64,000 bases of DNA, from the NCBI RefSeq assembly GCF_018350175.1, contig NC_058368.1, forward strand, positions 72,914,001 through 72,978,000. The letters are read 5' to 3'. Source of the stretch: Felis catus. Taxonomy: Eukaryota. A program made the translations under genes and the position numbers. Below, piece by piece: positions 36,860 to 49,313 of the stretch. The notes beneath the pieces are model-generated. The model was not told the origin of the DNA and ran no database searches. It was given only the letters and a program-made list of their open reading frames with translations. Each line of letters opens with the position of its first letter. Position 1 is the first letter of the stretch.

Positions 36860-37365
36860 TATATTAGTTTTCTATTCCTCCTGTACCAAATTACCACAAA
36901 CACAGCAGCTTGAAACCACACAAATTTATTACCTTATAGTTCTGGAGGGAAGAAATACAAAATAGGTCTCATTGAATATTGTCAAGGTATCAGTAGAGCT
37001 GTGTTCATTTTGGTGCTCTAGAAAAGAATGGGTGTCCTTGGCTTTTCGAGCTTCTAGAAGCTGCCTGAATTCTTTGGCTTTTAGCCCCTCCTCTATCTGA
37101 ATCAGAAATGATGAGCTGAATTGTGTATACATCACATCACTCTGACCTCCTCCTCTGCCTCTGTCTCCCACTTTCAGGACACTTGTGATTACTTCAGGCC
37201 CACCTAGATAACCCAGAATAATTTCCCTATTTTAACGTCAGCAGGTTAGCAACTTTAATTCTATCTGCATATTTAATCCCCCTTTTGCCATGTAGTATTA
37301 CATAGTTATAGGTTTGGGGGAATTAGGATGAGGACATATTTGGAAACATTACTCTATGTACTACC
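36860..37365 (-). mobile_element. MaLR solo LTR (MLT1C/D-like)
   Basis: tattagttttctatt...caaattaccacaaa...aaatttattaccttatagttctggagg...cttgtgattacttcaggcccacctagataacccagaataat. Confidence 0.85.
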
Positions 37366-38917
37366 AGTATAAAGGAAATTGGAAGTGAATACAGGGGAAA
37401 ATCAAATGCCCTTAAATGACACTTGCAAACATCCCATCACCTGTCTTGATCTAAACTGTTAAAGCACACAAAAAGCTGAGTGCATGATATGCTCCTAAAC
37501 TTCTTAACGGAAGGTCACGCTCTGGTTAGCCTCAAGGATGAAATCCACTATACCTGCAAACTATAATTACAGAGCAAATGCTTAGGGACTTTACTCGGAA
37601 AGGTTGTGGAAAAGGTCAATGTTGTCCCAGAACAATGAAACATGTTGGCCCCTGCTTCCTGCTTGCTTAGATAGAATTTACACAAAATGAATACATGCAT
37701 AACAATACTAGGTGCATTCTTGCATTGTGGAGAGTCAACACATTCAAAGAGAGCAATTTAGAAATAATTTAAATTAAAAGCAAAAATCTCTAACTGATGT
37801 GTTTCTGATGGCCTCATTTAGACATGCATTCCTTCCTTTGCCCTCTTATGTTTCTGCCTAGAAGGCGAAGTCCTCCTGCAAGTGAGCAGTTGACAAATTG
37901 GTATGTTTCTGGTGTCCTTGCCACTTGTAAAACATCCCCCCTTGTCTTTGCAAACCGTGGAGGAAAAGCTAATTTTTATTAAATCAATGCCCTCACGTGA
38001 AGAAACCACGATAGCTTCCACCGTTTAACAAACGTAGTTGAAAACAAGGCTTTCCGTTCCCTCAATCACATGGCTTCTTCCTTCCTGCTTCAGGTTCTCT
38101 CCTGCTGCCTTCTACCCTAGTCCTTTTCTCTCCCCGGTCTGTCCGCTCACCTTTCCACACACACTCACCTCATCCTCACCTCCTTGATCTCGCTCATGTT
38201 ATCTGGCCTGTAATTGGTTCCTTTTCTCAAAACCATTGCAACATCCAGACTCCAATTACTTTAATCAAATAATACAACACAGATTAATCTCATATTCTGA
38301 AACCCAAAGTAGTTAAAGACATCGAGATTCCTAATTTGTTTCTATGTATTTTCGCTGATCTTCAAGCATGTCCTAGGTTTAATTACATTACATCCCACAT
38401 CTTGTTTTATATTTCTCCCAGTACTTAAGACAGAACTAAATGCTCTAACTCATTACTAGTCACAGAACCACAAATTACAACAGTGAAAAATAATGACACA
38501 TTAGATTCATCAAAATAATAGAAGTTAGAAAAGTTGATAGTATCAACTATAGATATGAAGAGTCTAGAACGCTTATGCCTGTGTGGATATAAAGTTGCAC
38601 AGCCATTTGGGCAACCAAATTGGCAGGATGTATGAAATTAAGAATTTGTTTGCTTTAAGGTACGTCAATCTTACTCCTGGGTGTGTATTCCAGAGATCCC
38701 ACAAATGTCATCAGGGACACAGATGAAAATATTTGCCGTGGACTTTAAAGTGGGAATAGGGAGCTGCAGGTGGCCCTGAGGTCCATCGTGAGGGGGCTGA
38801 ACAGTAGGCTGTACTGAAAACATACTTTATAATAGTATGTAGCATAGAGAAGCAATATGGCAAGATAGTAAACACATAATGTTGCGGCAGAGGGGATGGC
38901 AAAACCTTACAGCATAA

Positions 38918-39245
38918 TGTGGTAGAGCCCCTCCCTAATGAATATGGTGGAGGCCTTCTCAGAACAAAGGAAGGCAATGAGCAATGTGGCCCAATCAACT
39001 CCTATACACGTATGTATAGTAACTGTGACACAACTCTGTAACTTGGACCGTGTCCAATCAGACTATATGTGTCACATATGTGGGAGACAAAGAAGTAGAA
39101 ATGGCATAAAGGGCTACACCCCGCTGCACTCGGGGCTCAGCCTTTTGGGGTCATAGCCTGCTGAGCCCATGTGGGCATGAATAGAGCTGCTTCCTGGATA
39201 GAAGAGCTTCAGTGTCCTGTCTCTCTGTGCGAGAATCCTGCTATA
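38918..39245 (+). mobile_element. ERV1-class solo LTR (carnivore type)
   Basis: Starts TG; contains ccaatca boxes, cataaa TATA-like motif, actcggggctc, aataga polyA-like motif; ends gctata (CA to TA). 4-bp TSD ataa at 38914-38917 and 39246-39249. Confidence 0.75.
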
Positions 39246-39282
39246 ATAACATTACTCCTTTAAATTTAAAACATATACACAC

Positions 39283-39635
39283 TTATGCTAGGCAAAATAA
39301 GTTAGAGGAAGACAAATATCATATGATTTCACTCATATGTAGAATTGAAGAAACAAAACGAACGTAGATGAAGGGAAGGAAACATAAGATAAAAACAGAG
39401 AGGGAGGCAAACCATAAGAGACTCTAAATACAGAGAACAAACCGAGGGTTGCTGGAGGGGAGGTAGGTGGGGGGATGGGTTAGAGGGGTGAGTGGCATTA
39501 AGGAGGGCACTTGTGATGAGCACTGGGTGTTGTATGTAAGTGATGGATCACTGGGTTCTACTCTTGAAACCAATGCTACACTGTATGTTAACTAACTCAA
39601 ATTTAAATAAATAGTTTTTAAAAAATCAGAAAAAA
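39283..39635 (+). mobile_element. 5'-truncated carnivore/felid L1 3' end
   Basis: agacaaatatcatatgatttcactcatatg...gagagggaggcaaaccataagagactct...cattaaggagggcacttgtgatgagcactgggtgttgtatgtaag. Diverged TSD aaaa(c/t)atata(c/g)acac. Confidence 0.92.
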
Positions 39636-40519
39636 AATATATAGACACCAAAACATTACATATTGGTGTATTTAAAGACAATGAATGTGTGCATTAGGAG
39701 AAAATAAGTAAGCAGATAGATGGTGCTGGATCAGATAAATAAGATAGATGAGTGACCTTGCAAAGACAATTTTTAATATACAGCTATCAAGCTCGGGCAT
39801 GATTAACTAAATCTGAGGTCAGAACTAAAAAAGCAGATGAGACACAGACAGGTGCAGATACACAGACTCCAGAAATCCTTTATTTAAAAGTTACAAGCGG
39901 TTTTCTGTCTTTTAGAGGGTTTATTTTTGGCCAAAGGTACCATTATTTACCCTTCATATAAATCTAAAAGTGACCAATGAAACATTTTGTAGAACTGTTA
40001 AAAAAAGGCTTTCAGGTGTTTTGTTGACCTAAATATATTTCCATTTGAGCAGCTGCATTAACTTCTGAAAACATAGCCAGCAGGGAGCTTTGAAGCATCT
40101 GCTATCAAAACCATCAGAACAGAAGGCCTTTCTCTTCTATCTCCTACAATTACATTGAAATGAATTCCTGACCATTATTTCCTACCCTCAACACATTTAA
40201 GTTTCATCAATAGTCTCCCGCAAGTATAACGCTATAATATTTTAATGGAAGTGTTATTTTAAAATAATTATTTTTAACTGCAATTCTATGCACTGCTTTT
40301 AATCCAACAAACTGTTACAAATAGCTCCTTGTTCATAGTTATTATGCAAAATTTAGAGTAACATGACCAGTATGGAATTGCTTCTCTTAATTAAACAAGT
40401 GTGCAGAGAAAAGGGGCATAGGAAGGTTTGCTTATACTTTAATAAAAAAGAATCGCGGACTTACAAAAGTCTTATCAAAATGGACTATAATTTAGGCCAG
40501 GCCAAATCAGTTCTCTGTA

Positions 40520-40520
40520 A

Positions 40521-40564
<44 letters not shown>

Positions 40565-40760
40565 AGTTCTCTATAATATTTATATGTATTATATATATTT
40601 TTTCTCCCAATGCAGTGTTGATTACATTAATATATATTTTATTTATATATATTATATATTATACTCCTAAAATATATATATATAGCACTATATATCTATA
40701 TGCCTACATTTACTATAGAAGACTATGTATATGTTAGAAGACTTCTCTATAGAATAATAT
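40520..40760. repeat. (TA)n microsatellite and TA-rich low-complexity patch
   Basis: Directly visible. Confidence 0.9.
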
Positions 40761-41972
40761 ATAAATTAAACGAAACACAAGAAATGGAAATTGAGAAGGC
40801 AGCATTTCCCAAGGAAAATTCATTCTAATCTACCAGTCATGATTCACTGATTTCAAAATCTCATGACAACAGTCCTGACATTTTTTGAGGAGTTAACTGA
40901 CAACTGATGTAAACAGGAGACAGGGTTAACTAGTTAAAAGTTTGACTTGGTTTCACTGAAGTACATTTTTAGTGCTGTTTGTCACACAGCAGTGTTGGCC
41001 AGGGGCTGCCTTGTTTGGAACTCCCTGATTTCTGCATGTGGGGGTTATATCCACATCATGTGCATGGGGAATAGGCTGTGTACATGTTTCTTAACTAGTA
41101 TGAGAAATCGGACACGCTTCACTTTCCTTGATTTCTTTCTGAAAAAAAGCACAAATTGAGCAAATGTCTGAAGCTTCAAAAAACAAAAGCCACGAACAAT
41201 AAATTTCAGTTTCTTTTGTCAACTTTTTTCTCCCAATGCAGTGTTGATTACATTAAAACACTCCATTGTCTGTGCTCTTGAACAAGGCACTGGGCTAGAC
41301 ATTGTGTATCAAACACAAATAAGATACAGCCCTGCCTGGGGAAGATTAAAATCTCATCAGAAAAATGCAAATCTGATGCATTCCAGAGAGGAGGCTGTAT
41401 ACAGGAAGGGCGTTAAACTCTGGATTATTTCAGTCTTGTCTTGCATGCCTCCTTAGTCTTTCCAGTGCTTAGGAAAGAAGATCCCCAGCCAGCATCATCT
41501 GACCAGATCTGTAAGCATTTCCTGAATATGCTCAATGGCACAGGCATACATCTGCCACTTCAAGAAAATCAAGTCTAGTGGGTGGAAAACAGTACTTATG
41601 ACTGGCATCTCCATAAGGCACACATCTATGCTCCATAGTACTCAGTGATTAAAGTAATTATGGGCATCAGATATTATTTAGCCTGTTTAGGACTTATGCC
41701 TTTGCACACAGCATAGTTAATAATCTTAATCACTTTAGAGTAGAAATTGTGAGAACCCACTAACAGTATAAGCTGGCAAAGAGGTCTCTTCTCCAAGGAC
41801 AAGTGGGCTAATTGGTGGTGGCTGTTTGGAGCACCATGCTGAAACTCAACAATATAAAGTCATGAATGTTCCTTAATAATGATTGAAATGGCATCTGAAA
41901 TGGAGTAACTCAAAATCAACAATTTGTGGTTAGCCTTTACGAAGTTGCTCCAATTAAGAATTTTTAACATTA

Positions 41973-42095
41973 GAGGCACCTGAGTGGCCCAGTCAGTTAA
42001 GTGTCCGACTCTTGATTTCGGTTCCAGTCATGATCTCACAGTTTGTGAGATTGAGCCCTGCATTGATCGAGCCCTAACAGAGTGGAGCCTGCTTG

Positions 42096-42153
<58 letters not shown>

Positions 42154-42212
42154 TCTCTCTCTCTGCCCGTCCCATGTCTCTCTCTTTCTCTCAGAATAAA
42201 CTTTTTAAAAAA
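41973..42212 (+). mobile_element. CAN-SINE
   Basis: Head gaggcacctgagtggcccagtcagttaag, long (CT)n. TSD aag(a/t)atttttaacat. Confidence 0.93.
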
Positions 42213-43009
42213 GTATTTTTAACATAAGTAAAACAAATGTCTCTGTTGGTACAAATGTTTCCTGGCCATATCTAAATCCTTAAACTCAAACCTCTTCAAT
42301 GTATCCTTAGGCCAGTTTCTCTGAGCTAACAAATCACAGAAGAAAATTCCTAGAAACTGAACATATGCTAAAAACAACAATAACAACAACAACAACAACA
42401 AAACGATAGTTGTCTCCTCTTAGATTCCTCGTTCCCATCTGACCCAAGTGAGATCTGGTATTAAGTCACTCATTTAAAACTAAGTCCACTTGCACCACGA
42501 AAAAGCTCAACAACATTTAGATTCTACATGTCACATGGACACAGATCACATTTGAAGGGAAGTGATTACAAGAACACTTTATCTGAGCTATATTCTGAAT
42601 TCTCTTAAAAAACCCCTTTAACTGGCTGTTTTTATTACAAGTAACATAAAGAGAAATAAAAATGAGTAAGATACTAGGACTTTGGATGGCAGCTCTATAA
42701 TGGAGTCTAGGATATTTGGAAAACTGCCTGTAAACAGTACTTTTCTACATGTGGGATTTGAAGCTCAATTTCAGTGGAATTTTAAATAAGACTAGCTATA
42801 ATTCTTTTCTCTTATTTCACATGTCTCAATGCATTTGCATTGCAGAGCTGTGTTCCTCCCAAAAAATAGGATCTCCAAAAGTGAAATAGATCTTAACCGA
42901 GAACTCTTTAGTCAATGATAGTCTTTTTTTTTAATTCAACACTCCATCCCATATCATTTTACATCTTAACAACAAATATTACTCATCTGGAATGCAAACA
43001 CTGGTAACT

Positions 43010-43250
43010 GATATTTATCATGTATTGATTAGACTTGAAACATTGCATTAACCATTATATGTCTTTCATAACATGCAATCCTCCCAGCAATCCTATGAAG
43101 TAGGTATTACCATCACTATCATGATGTCTATTTTATAGATGAGGAAACTGAGAAACAGAAAGTTCAAGTAGCATGTCCGCAGTCATTATGTGGCAGGACT
43201 GAAGGCTGAATTCAGGTAGTCTCATTACAAGTTTGAGCTCGTGACTGTTA
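43010..43250 (-). mobile_element. MIR SINE
   Basis: atcctcccagcaatcctatgaagtaggt...attttatagatgaggaaactgagaaacagaaagtt. Confidence 0.8.
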
Positions 43251-43787
43251 CATATTAATCACAATGACAAAAATTCACAAAAATAATCGGTTCCAATACA
43301 CCCACAGCATTGCTTTGAAAACAGACCCCCCTCCCTTATTCAAAAAGCTTTAATTGCTAAAAGCACTATAGCAACCAGAGTGGTCCCGCGGGAAGAATTA
43401 GTTCTCCCAGGATCAATATAGTCAGCAAGTCTAACTCTAAGGCAGCCCACAGATTAAATAAATAAATTCTAAGAAAATAAGCTGAGATTCATAAAGTGAG
43501 TTCACAGGCTTGAACACATGAAATAATCCCAAGAAGGATGACTGATGTTAATATGAAAATTTACTGTGTCCAGTGAGCGACTCCCCCATACATAAAAAAT
43601 ACCCAAAAAGTAACTTAGTTTTCTCCATGATTGTTATCTTAACTAGCTCATATATATTTGATTTATTCTAGATAAAAATAAAGTAATGATCCAATGACAT
43701 TCTCTTCTTGTCTCCCATACTTGGCAAATAGACCGGCGGCTGTGGAGTCTTTATCAAGGCAAGGATAAATGCATGGACATTAGATTC

Positions 43788-44212
43788 CAGTGGTGCCCCC
43801 CCCACTCCCTCACCAATGGGGATATGTTCCAAGACCCCCAGGGGATGCCCAAAACTGCAACCAGTACTGCACCCTACATATGCTCTTTGTTCCTGTACAC
43901 AGACACCTCTGCTAAAGTTTCTTTTAAAGAGATTAATAACTAATAATAAAATAGGGCAACTATAACAATATACCATAATAAAAGTTATGTGAATGTGATC
44001 TCCCACTCTTGAAATACCTTATTGCACTGTACTCTCCATCTTCTTGTGATGAGGTGAGATGATCAAATGTCTATGTGAGGAGATGAAGTAAAGTGAATAA
44101 TGTAGACATTGTGACATAGCGTTAGCTTACTATTGACTTTCTGATAGGTCAGAAGGAGGATCATCTGATTCCAGACCATGAAAAGTGAAACCACAGATAA
44201 GAGGAAGTACTA
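43788..44212 (+). mobile_element. Tigger2a-type DNA transposon
   Basis: ggggatatgttccaagacccccaggggatgcc...taaaagttatgtgaatgtg...gtcagaaggaggatcatctg...gaaaccacagataagaggaagtacta; same family as 12429-12878. Confidence 0.88.
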
Positions 44213-46335
44213 TACCTATGCAGGCAATATTTATAAAATTTGTGACAATGAGAAGAATCTGAAACTAGGCCACACTCCCCATTATATTTTAGAAACAGCA
44301 ATGAGGTCACTTCTAAACTCTGCTAGGTTTTGGATGCTAATATGGTGCCCTTGCTTCACTGTGTGGTTTATACAGCCATACAATCATTCCTTCAGTATCT
44401 GCTCTCTGTCTGCCACTTTTTAATAAACTTAATTTTTAATTGTTTTTCCAGTGGTTGCCATGTATTTGTGTTGAAGGCAACTCATCTCAGACATCTATTT
44501 CTCTTAACAACCAAATCAAAATAATTGACAAAGGTTAAAAGCCAAATTTTACAACCAAGTAGTGCTTACTATCTTCACAAATTAACTAAACTTTATCCTC
44601 TGAAAATATAGTCTGCATAAATAAAATTATTTGAGCAAGAAAATCTGGAGGCTGCAATTAGACTTTGGATTATTCCATCATAATAAAATAATATGCAGCC
44701 AAAATATTTGTTCATATGTTTGATGTGTCCTGGATAAGACTGGACTCCAGTATTTTTTAACACTGGATGAGGAGTTCTTTGGAAGGAACTGCTTTAGGCT
44801 TGGTGCAACCCAGTTTTCTGGACTGGCACCCCAAATGTGTAGGCTGATGCATACATTCCAGTTTTTGTTTGCTGTCCTGGCATAGCTAGTAATATCCCTC
44901 ATTTCACTCTCAAACGTCTTGATTTGGGGGATAAATTGTATAGTCATCATACATCAGTACCCTACAGATCTGATAACCAAATTTTGACAATTGTACAAAT
45001 GTTGTACTATTGTTTTTTGTCTTAGTAAAGCCAGAGGTCAGGTCCCATCCATCAGGTGGAGTGAGACTGTCTGAAAGGAATGGATGGTCTCATTGTCCAT
45101 CAATGAAAGGTGTGAGTCCTGGGATAAGATGGGGTGGCACAGGAGGTGGGCCTTAGGCTAGGGTGACAAGGGAGAAAAGTACCAGACCTAGAATTGAGAC
45201 TTCAGCCTGGCTGGACACCAAAGTACTGGGAACCTCTTATGGTAGAAAGTGGACTACCATGTGGAAAAGTCCCAAGTTGAGAATGGAGGCATGGCAAGAC
45301 AAAAGCTGTGCATTATTCCTTTGGTGATCCTTCTGTCCCTATTATCAAGAGACTCTTCCATAATTTCTCATTGTTGGTTTCAATGTGGGAATTCAGGAAA
45401 AGAGCCTAGATATTTACGTGGAAAACCATGTTAAGGTGGATGCCTGCCACCCATGGCTAGAGCAGCAACGGTGGGAATGGTCACCAATTCTGGGTACATC
45501 AATGCCTCCAGCAGCTCATTAACTGAGGCAGCCCTCCAGTGGCAGGACACAGGAGAAGGATGCCAGACATTAGTTCCTGAATACAGTGGCAGGCACACTT
45601 CAAAGGCAGCTAATTTCTAGCAATAAATCCAAGTCTCTTGCTCCCTTAATCAGTTCTACTTTCAGAAACTCCAGGGGAGGATTCCAGTTGGTTTGGCTTG
45701 GTTTAGATAAAAAGCCCATTTATGCACCAATCAACTTTGGCCATGTAAGAAAATGGACATCTCCAATGAAGGCAGTGGAATTTCAGGAAGAGAAAAAAGA
45801 ACTGGGCATTAATCCAGTAGAAGTCTATGAGAGCCATGAGGCCAGGATCTACTGCTATCTGGGTATTTTCTATCAGAGTCAATTCTTGCTATGTTAAACA
45901 AGACCGTTTCTTTTTTCATCTAGTTCTTTAAGGGTACTCATCAATACAAAAATAAGAAACAATTTATGGCCTAATGCATCAATTTAAAGAGTTTTCATAA
46001 AGTGGATTTTAAAAAAGAAAGTGCATTTGTGAAAAATGTGCTTGCTTTTTTTTCAAAGAACCACAGCATTTTCCTGGACAAATGGATCATAAAAATCGTA
46101 AGGAAATAGACTTTTGTGATCTAAGAACTTCCTCTGGCCAGACGAGTGGTGGGTTTATTTTTTAAATATGTACTTTTGATACATTTTAAAAACATATCAA
46201 GCTTAGTCACGTAAGATTTTTCTCTAAGTATGTGTATGGGTTAACATTATTATTTAGCTGTTTGGATGCTGAATCATTATGCACCGAAAGGAAGAAAAAA
46301 AAGCTTTCTCCAACTTCTTGCATAAATTTGTGTAT

Positions 46336-46354
46336 CCACCACTAGAGGGCACAA
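46336..46354 (+). promoter_or_regulatory. CTCF binding motif
   Basis: CCACTAGAGGGCAC (46339-46352) matches the CTCF core CCASYAGRKGGCRS at every position, in unique AT-rich sequence. Confidence 0.6.
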
Positions 46355-47586
46355 ATAAGGCTGCTTTCTGGGGAAAAAAAGGTTTTGAAAATGACAAAAT
46401 TCCAAATTTGGAACAGTGACTGAGTAAGATATAAAGATATTGCATGTTTTCTTTAAATCTGAGAAGAAAAATCAAAACATACTCACATTTAAACATAGAC
46501 CATTTAGTTCTGTTCTCTCCCTCTCTTTCTCAAAAAAAAAGTATTTATATGTGAGGAGAGTAAGAAATATCAATGGCTCACAAAAATATAGACATCCATA
46601 AAATTATTGAATTGAAATGGCTATCAAAAAATAGACTAAGATATAAAATTACTGCTACAGCAATATGGCAAAATGCCACAAATTGACAAAAGTACTCATA
46701 TTTGTCTAAACCACACTTTGAACCTTTGGGGTAATTCTCTCCTAAAATCATCAAGCACAATACAGTTCACAAAACTGATTCTAAACCTTATAAATATCAG
46801 GTATACATTGCATGTCTTCTTAGCAAACATGATACGGTGGTAAAAATAGGGTATGATTTGCTTGCTGTCTTCACACAATAATGTGCTTGAGTCATGCTTG
46901 TAGAATACCTCCATCTTCAACAGCTGTTTTACTCCTTTAAAGAAAAGGAGGAAAAAAAACAAACAAAAAACAAAACCCAGCCTCACCAGAAAAAAGCAAA
47001 CACTCCCTAATCTTGTCACCCTAGATGTTTGACAAGTACTAATCACTATGGTTAGATATGATGTCTCTCTTGATTTGTTTTCAGGTATTTTGAAGAAAAT
47101 CTTTCTAGAACCAGTGATTCTACTGGAAATAAAAGCAAAGGAAAGTTTGCTGAGATGCCTTTAGGTGGAGAGAGGGTGGTGAGGTGAATGGCACAATGAT
47201 TTGACCTTAGTGACAAAAGTGAAAATGCTCCAGTGTTTTGGATAAAAGTGATGGGTGGGCAGTTTCTATGCCTTTTACATCTTGAATTTCCACCTGATAC
47301 ATTTCAAATCACTAATTTTCAGATAGTATCAAGAATGTATCAAAATACAGGTTACCTTCGCTTGATTGAAATTTCTCTAAAACACAAAATTTTAAACATT
47401 ATAAACAATGACTTATTGATTTTCATGAAATTGCTCAGCTTAGTCTCTCCCAATGTCCTTTTTAAAAAACACACTTTTAATTATTTTTTAAAGGTCCCAT
47501 TCCACAAGCAACAAATCCAATACCTTCTTCAAATGTTTTCCTTTGCTCAAACCCTGCTTCCTTTCCTATAGGAGGACACAAACTAA

Positions 47587-47587
<1 letters not shown>

Positions 47588-47626
<39 letters not shown>

Positions 47627-47648
47627 ATACATATACACTAGAAGACAC

Positions 47649-47700
<52 letters not shown>

Positions 47701-47812
47701 ATAATGTTAATAATAATGTGTTATATATACATGACATATATGTTAGCATATATTAGTAAGTTATATATAAGTAGGTGTGTGTATATATATGTATATATAT
47801 ACACACATACAA
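47588..47812. repeat. Compound (CA)n/(TA)n microsatellite
   Basis: Directly visible. Confidence 0.9.
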
Positions 47813-48176
47813 AGGCAGTGGGGCAACATGGTTTCCTCTAGACCCTTAAGTATCTAGCCTGAAGGATGTTTGTACTTCCTGTCTTTACTGTCAAACCTGG
47901 AGTATATAAGTTTATGTATCCCATTGGATTACCTAGGTCTTATAAGATAACTATAATTATTATTAAATAGTTTCCTACAAAGTAGTAGTGGATCAGATTA
48001 TCAGGAAAATGCCCTCAAGTCTTAAAACCAAGACATTATGCATCATGCATTTTATGATTAAGGAACAAAATAATCATATGTTACAATTTAGTTTCTAATA
48101 GGGTCTATTGTATTACCCATGATTTTGTTCCTAAAATACACTTGGTTAAATCACTATATATAAATGTAAGTGTAAG

Positions 48177-48245
48177 TATAAATATAAATATAAATATAAA
48201 TATAAATATAAATATAAATATAAATATAAATATAAATATAAATAT
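48177..48245. repeat. (TAAATA)n hexamer microsatellite
   Basis: About 11 perfect units immediately 5' of a young SINE. Confidence 0.95.
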
Positions 48246-48247
48246 AC

Positions 48248-48458
48248 AGGGGCGCCTGGGTGGCGCAGTCGGTTAAGCGTCCGACTTCAGCCAGGTCACG
48301 ATCTCGCGGTCCGTGAGTTCGAGCCCCGCGTCAGGCTCTGGGCTGATGGCTCGGAGCCTGGAGCCTGTTTCCGATTCTGTGTCTCCCTCTCTCTCTGCCC
48401 CTCCCCCGTTCATGCTCTGTCTCTCTCTGTCCCAAAAAAATAAACGTTGAAAAAAATA
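48248..48458 (+). mobile_element. Young SINEC_Fc-type CAN-SINE
   Basis: Near-consensus with CpGs intact. TSD atataaatataca. Confidence 0.97.
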
Positions 48459-48906
48459 TATATAAATATACAATCACTATATATATAATCACTATATATA
48501 TAAAATCACTATATATGTGTGTATATATATATGTATGTATATATAGGTATATGTATATATGTATGTATACATATGTATATATGTGTGTATACACACACAC
48601 ACACACACACACACATATATCCATATTTACAAGAAAATTTTAAATACCTACAGTTTTCCTTATGTCTATTCCTCTAGTTTATTTCTGGATTGTACCTTAG
48701 TCGTAGAGAGTCAGAAAAAAACCCTGAATTATTCAAGTAAGTGCTTGTAAATGGCAATAGTTTTTTTTTCTTTAGCAGTTTGCCTTATAATTGGAAAATT
48801 CTTCAATTATACTGATCCAGGGGACTCTCAGAAGAATATTGAGAAATGTTCTGTCTAAAAATTGAATCATTACAGTGTCTATCATCTAGTGTAATTCCGT
48901 ATCATC

Positions 48907-49313
48907 TGCTATGGCGTGAATGTTTGTGTCACCGCAAAACTTATGTTGAAGCCCTAACCTCTGACACAATGGTATTTCAAGGCTTTGGGGAAGCAATTAG
49001 GATTAGGTGAAGTCATGAGGGTGAGGCTCTCACGATGGGATTAGTGACCTTATAAGAAGAGGCACCAGAAGCTCTTGCTCCCATGCTCACTCTCTCTTTC
49101 TCCCTCTCTTCCTCTTTCTCTCTCCTCACCATGTGAGCACACAGCAAGAAGTCGGCCATGTACAAGCAGGAAAAGAGCCCTCACCAGAACCCAACCACAC
49201 TGGTTCCCTGACATCAGACTTCCAGCCTCCAAAACTGTGAGAAAATAAGTTTCTGGTGTTGAAGCCACTCAGTCTATGGTATTTTGTCATAGAAGCCCCA
49301 GGAGACTACTACA
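48907..49313 (+). mobile_element. MaLR solo LTR (MLT1A-like)
   Basis: tgctatgg...gaatgtttgtgtc...gacttccagcctccaaaactgtgagaaaataa...gactactaca. 5-bp TSD tcatc/tcacc. Confidence 0.9.

Larger units (their letters stand above)
38490..39830 (+). mobile_element. Old L1 (L1ME-like) fragment hosting two younger insertions
   Basis: Degenerate L1 ORF2-end/3' UTR (cagccatttgggcaac...aatcttactcctgggtgtgtattccagaga), interrupted at 38918 and 39283. Confidence 0.6.

Noticed and set aside
41467..41511. 45-nt plus-strand exon-like segment (LRKEDPQPASSDQI)
   Set aside because: Weak donor context, a competing upstream AG and no recognisable homology; treated as a pseudo-exon.
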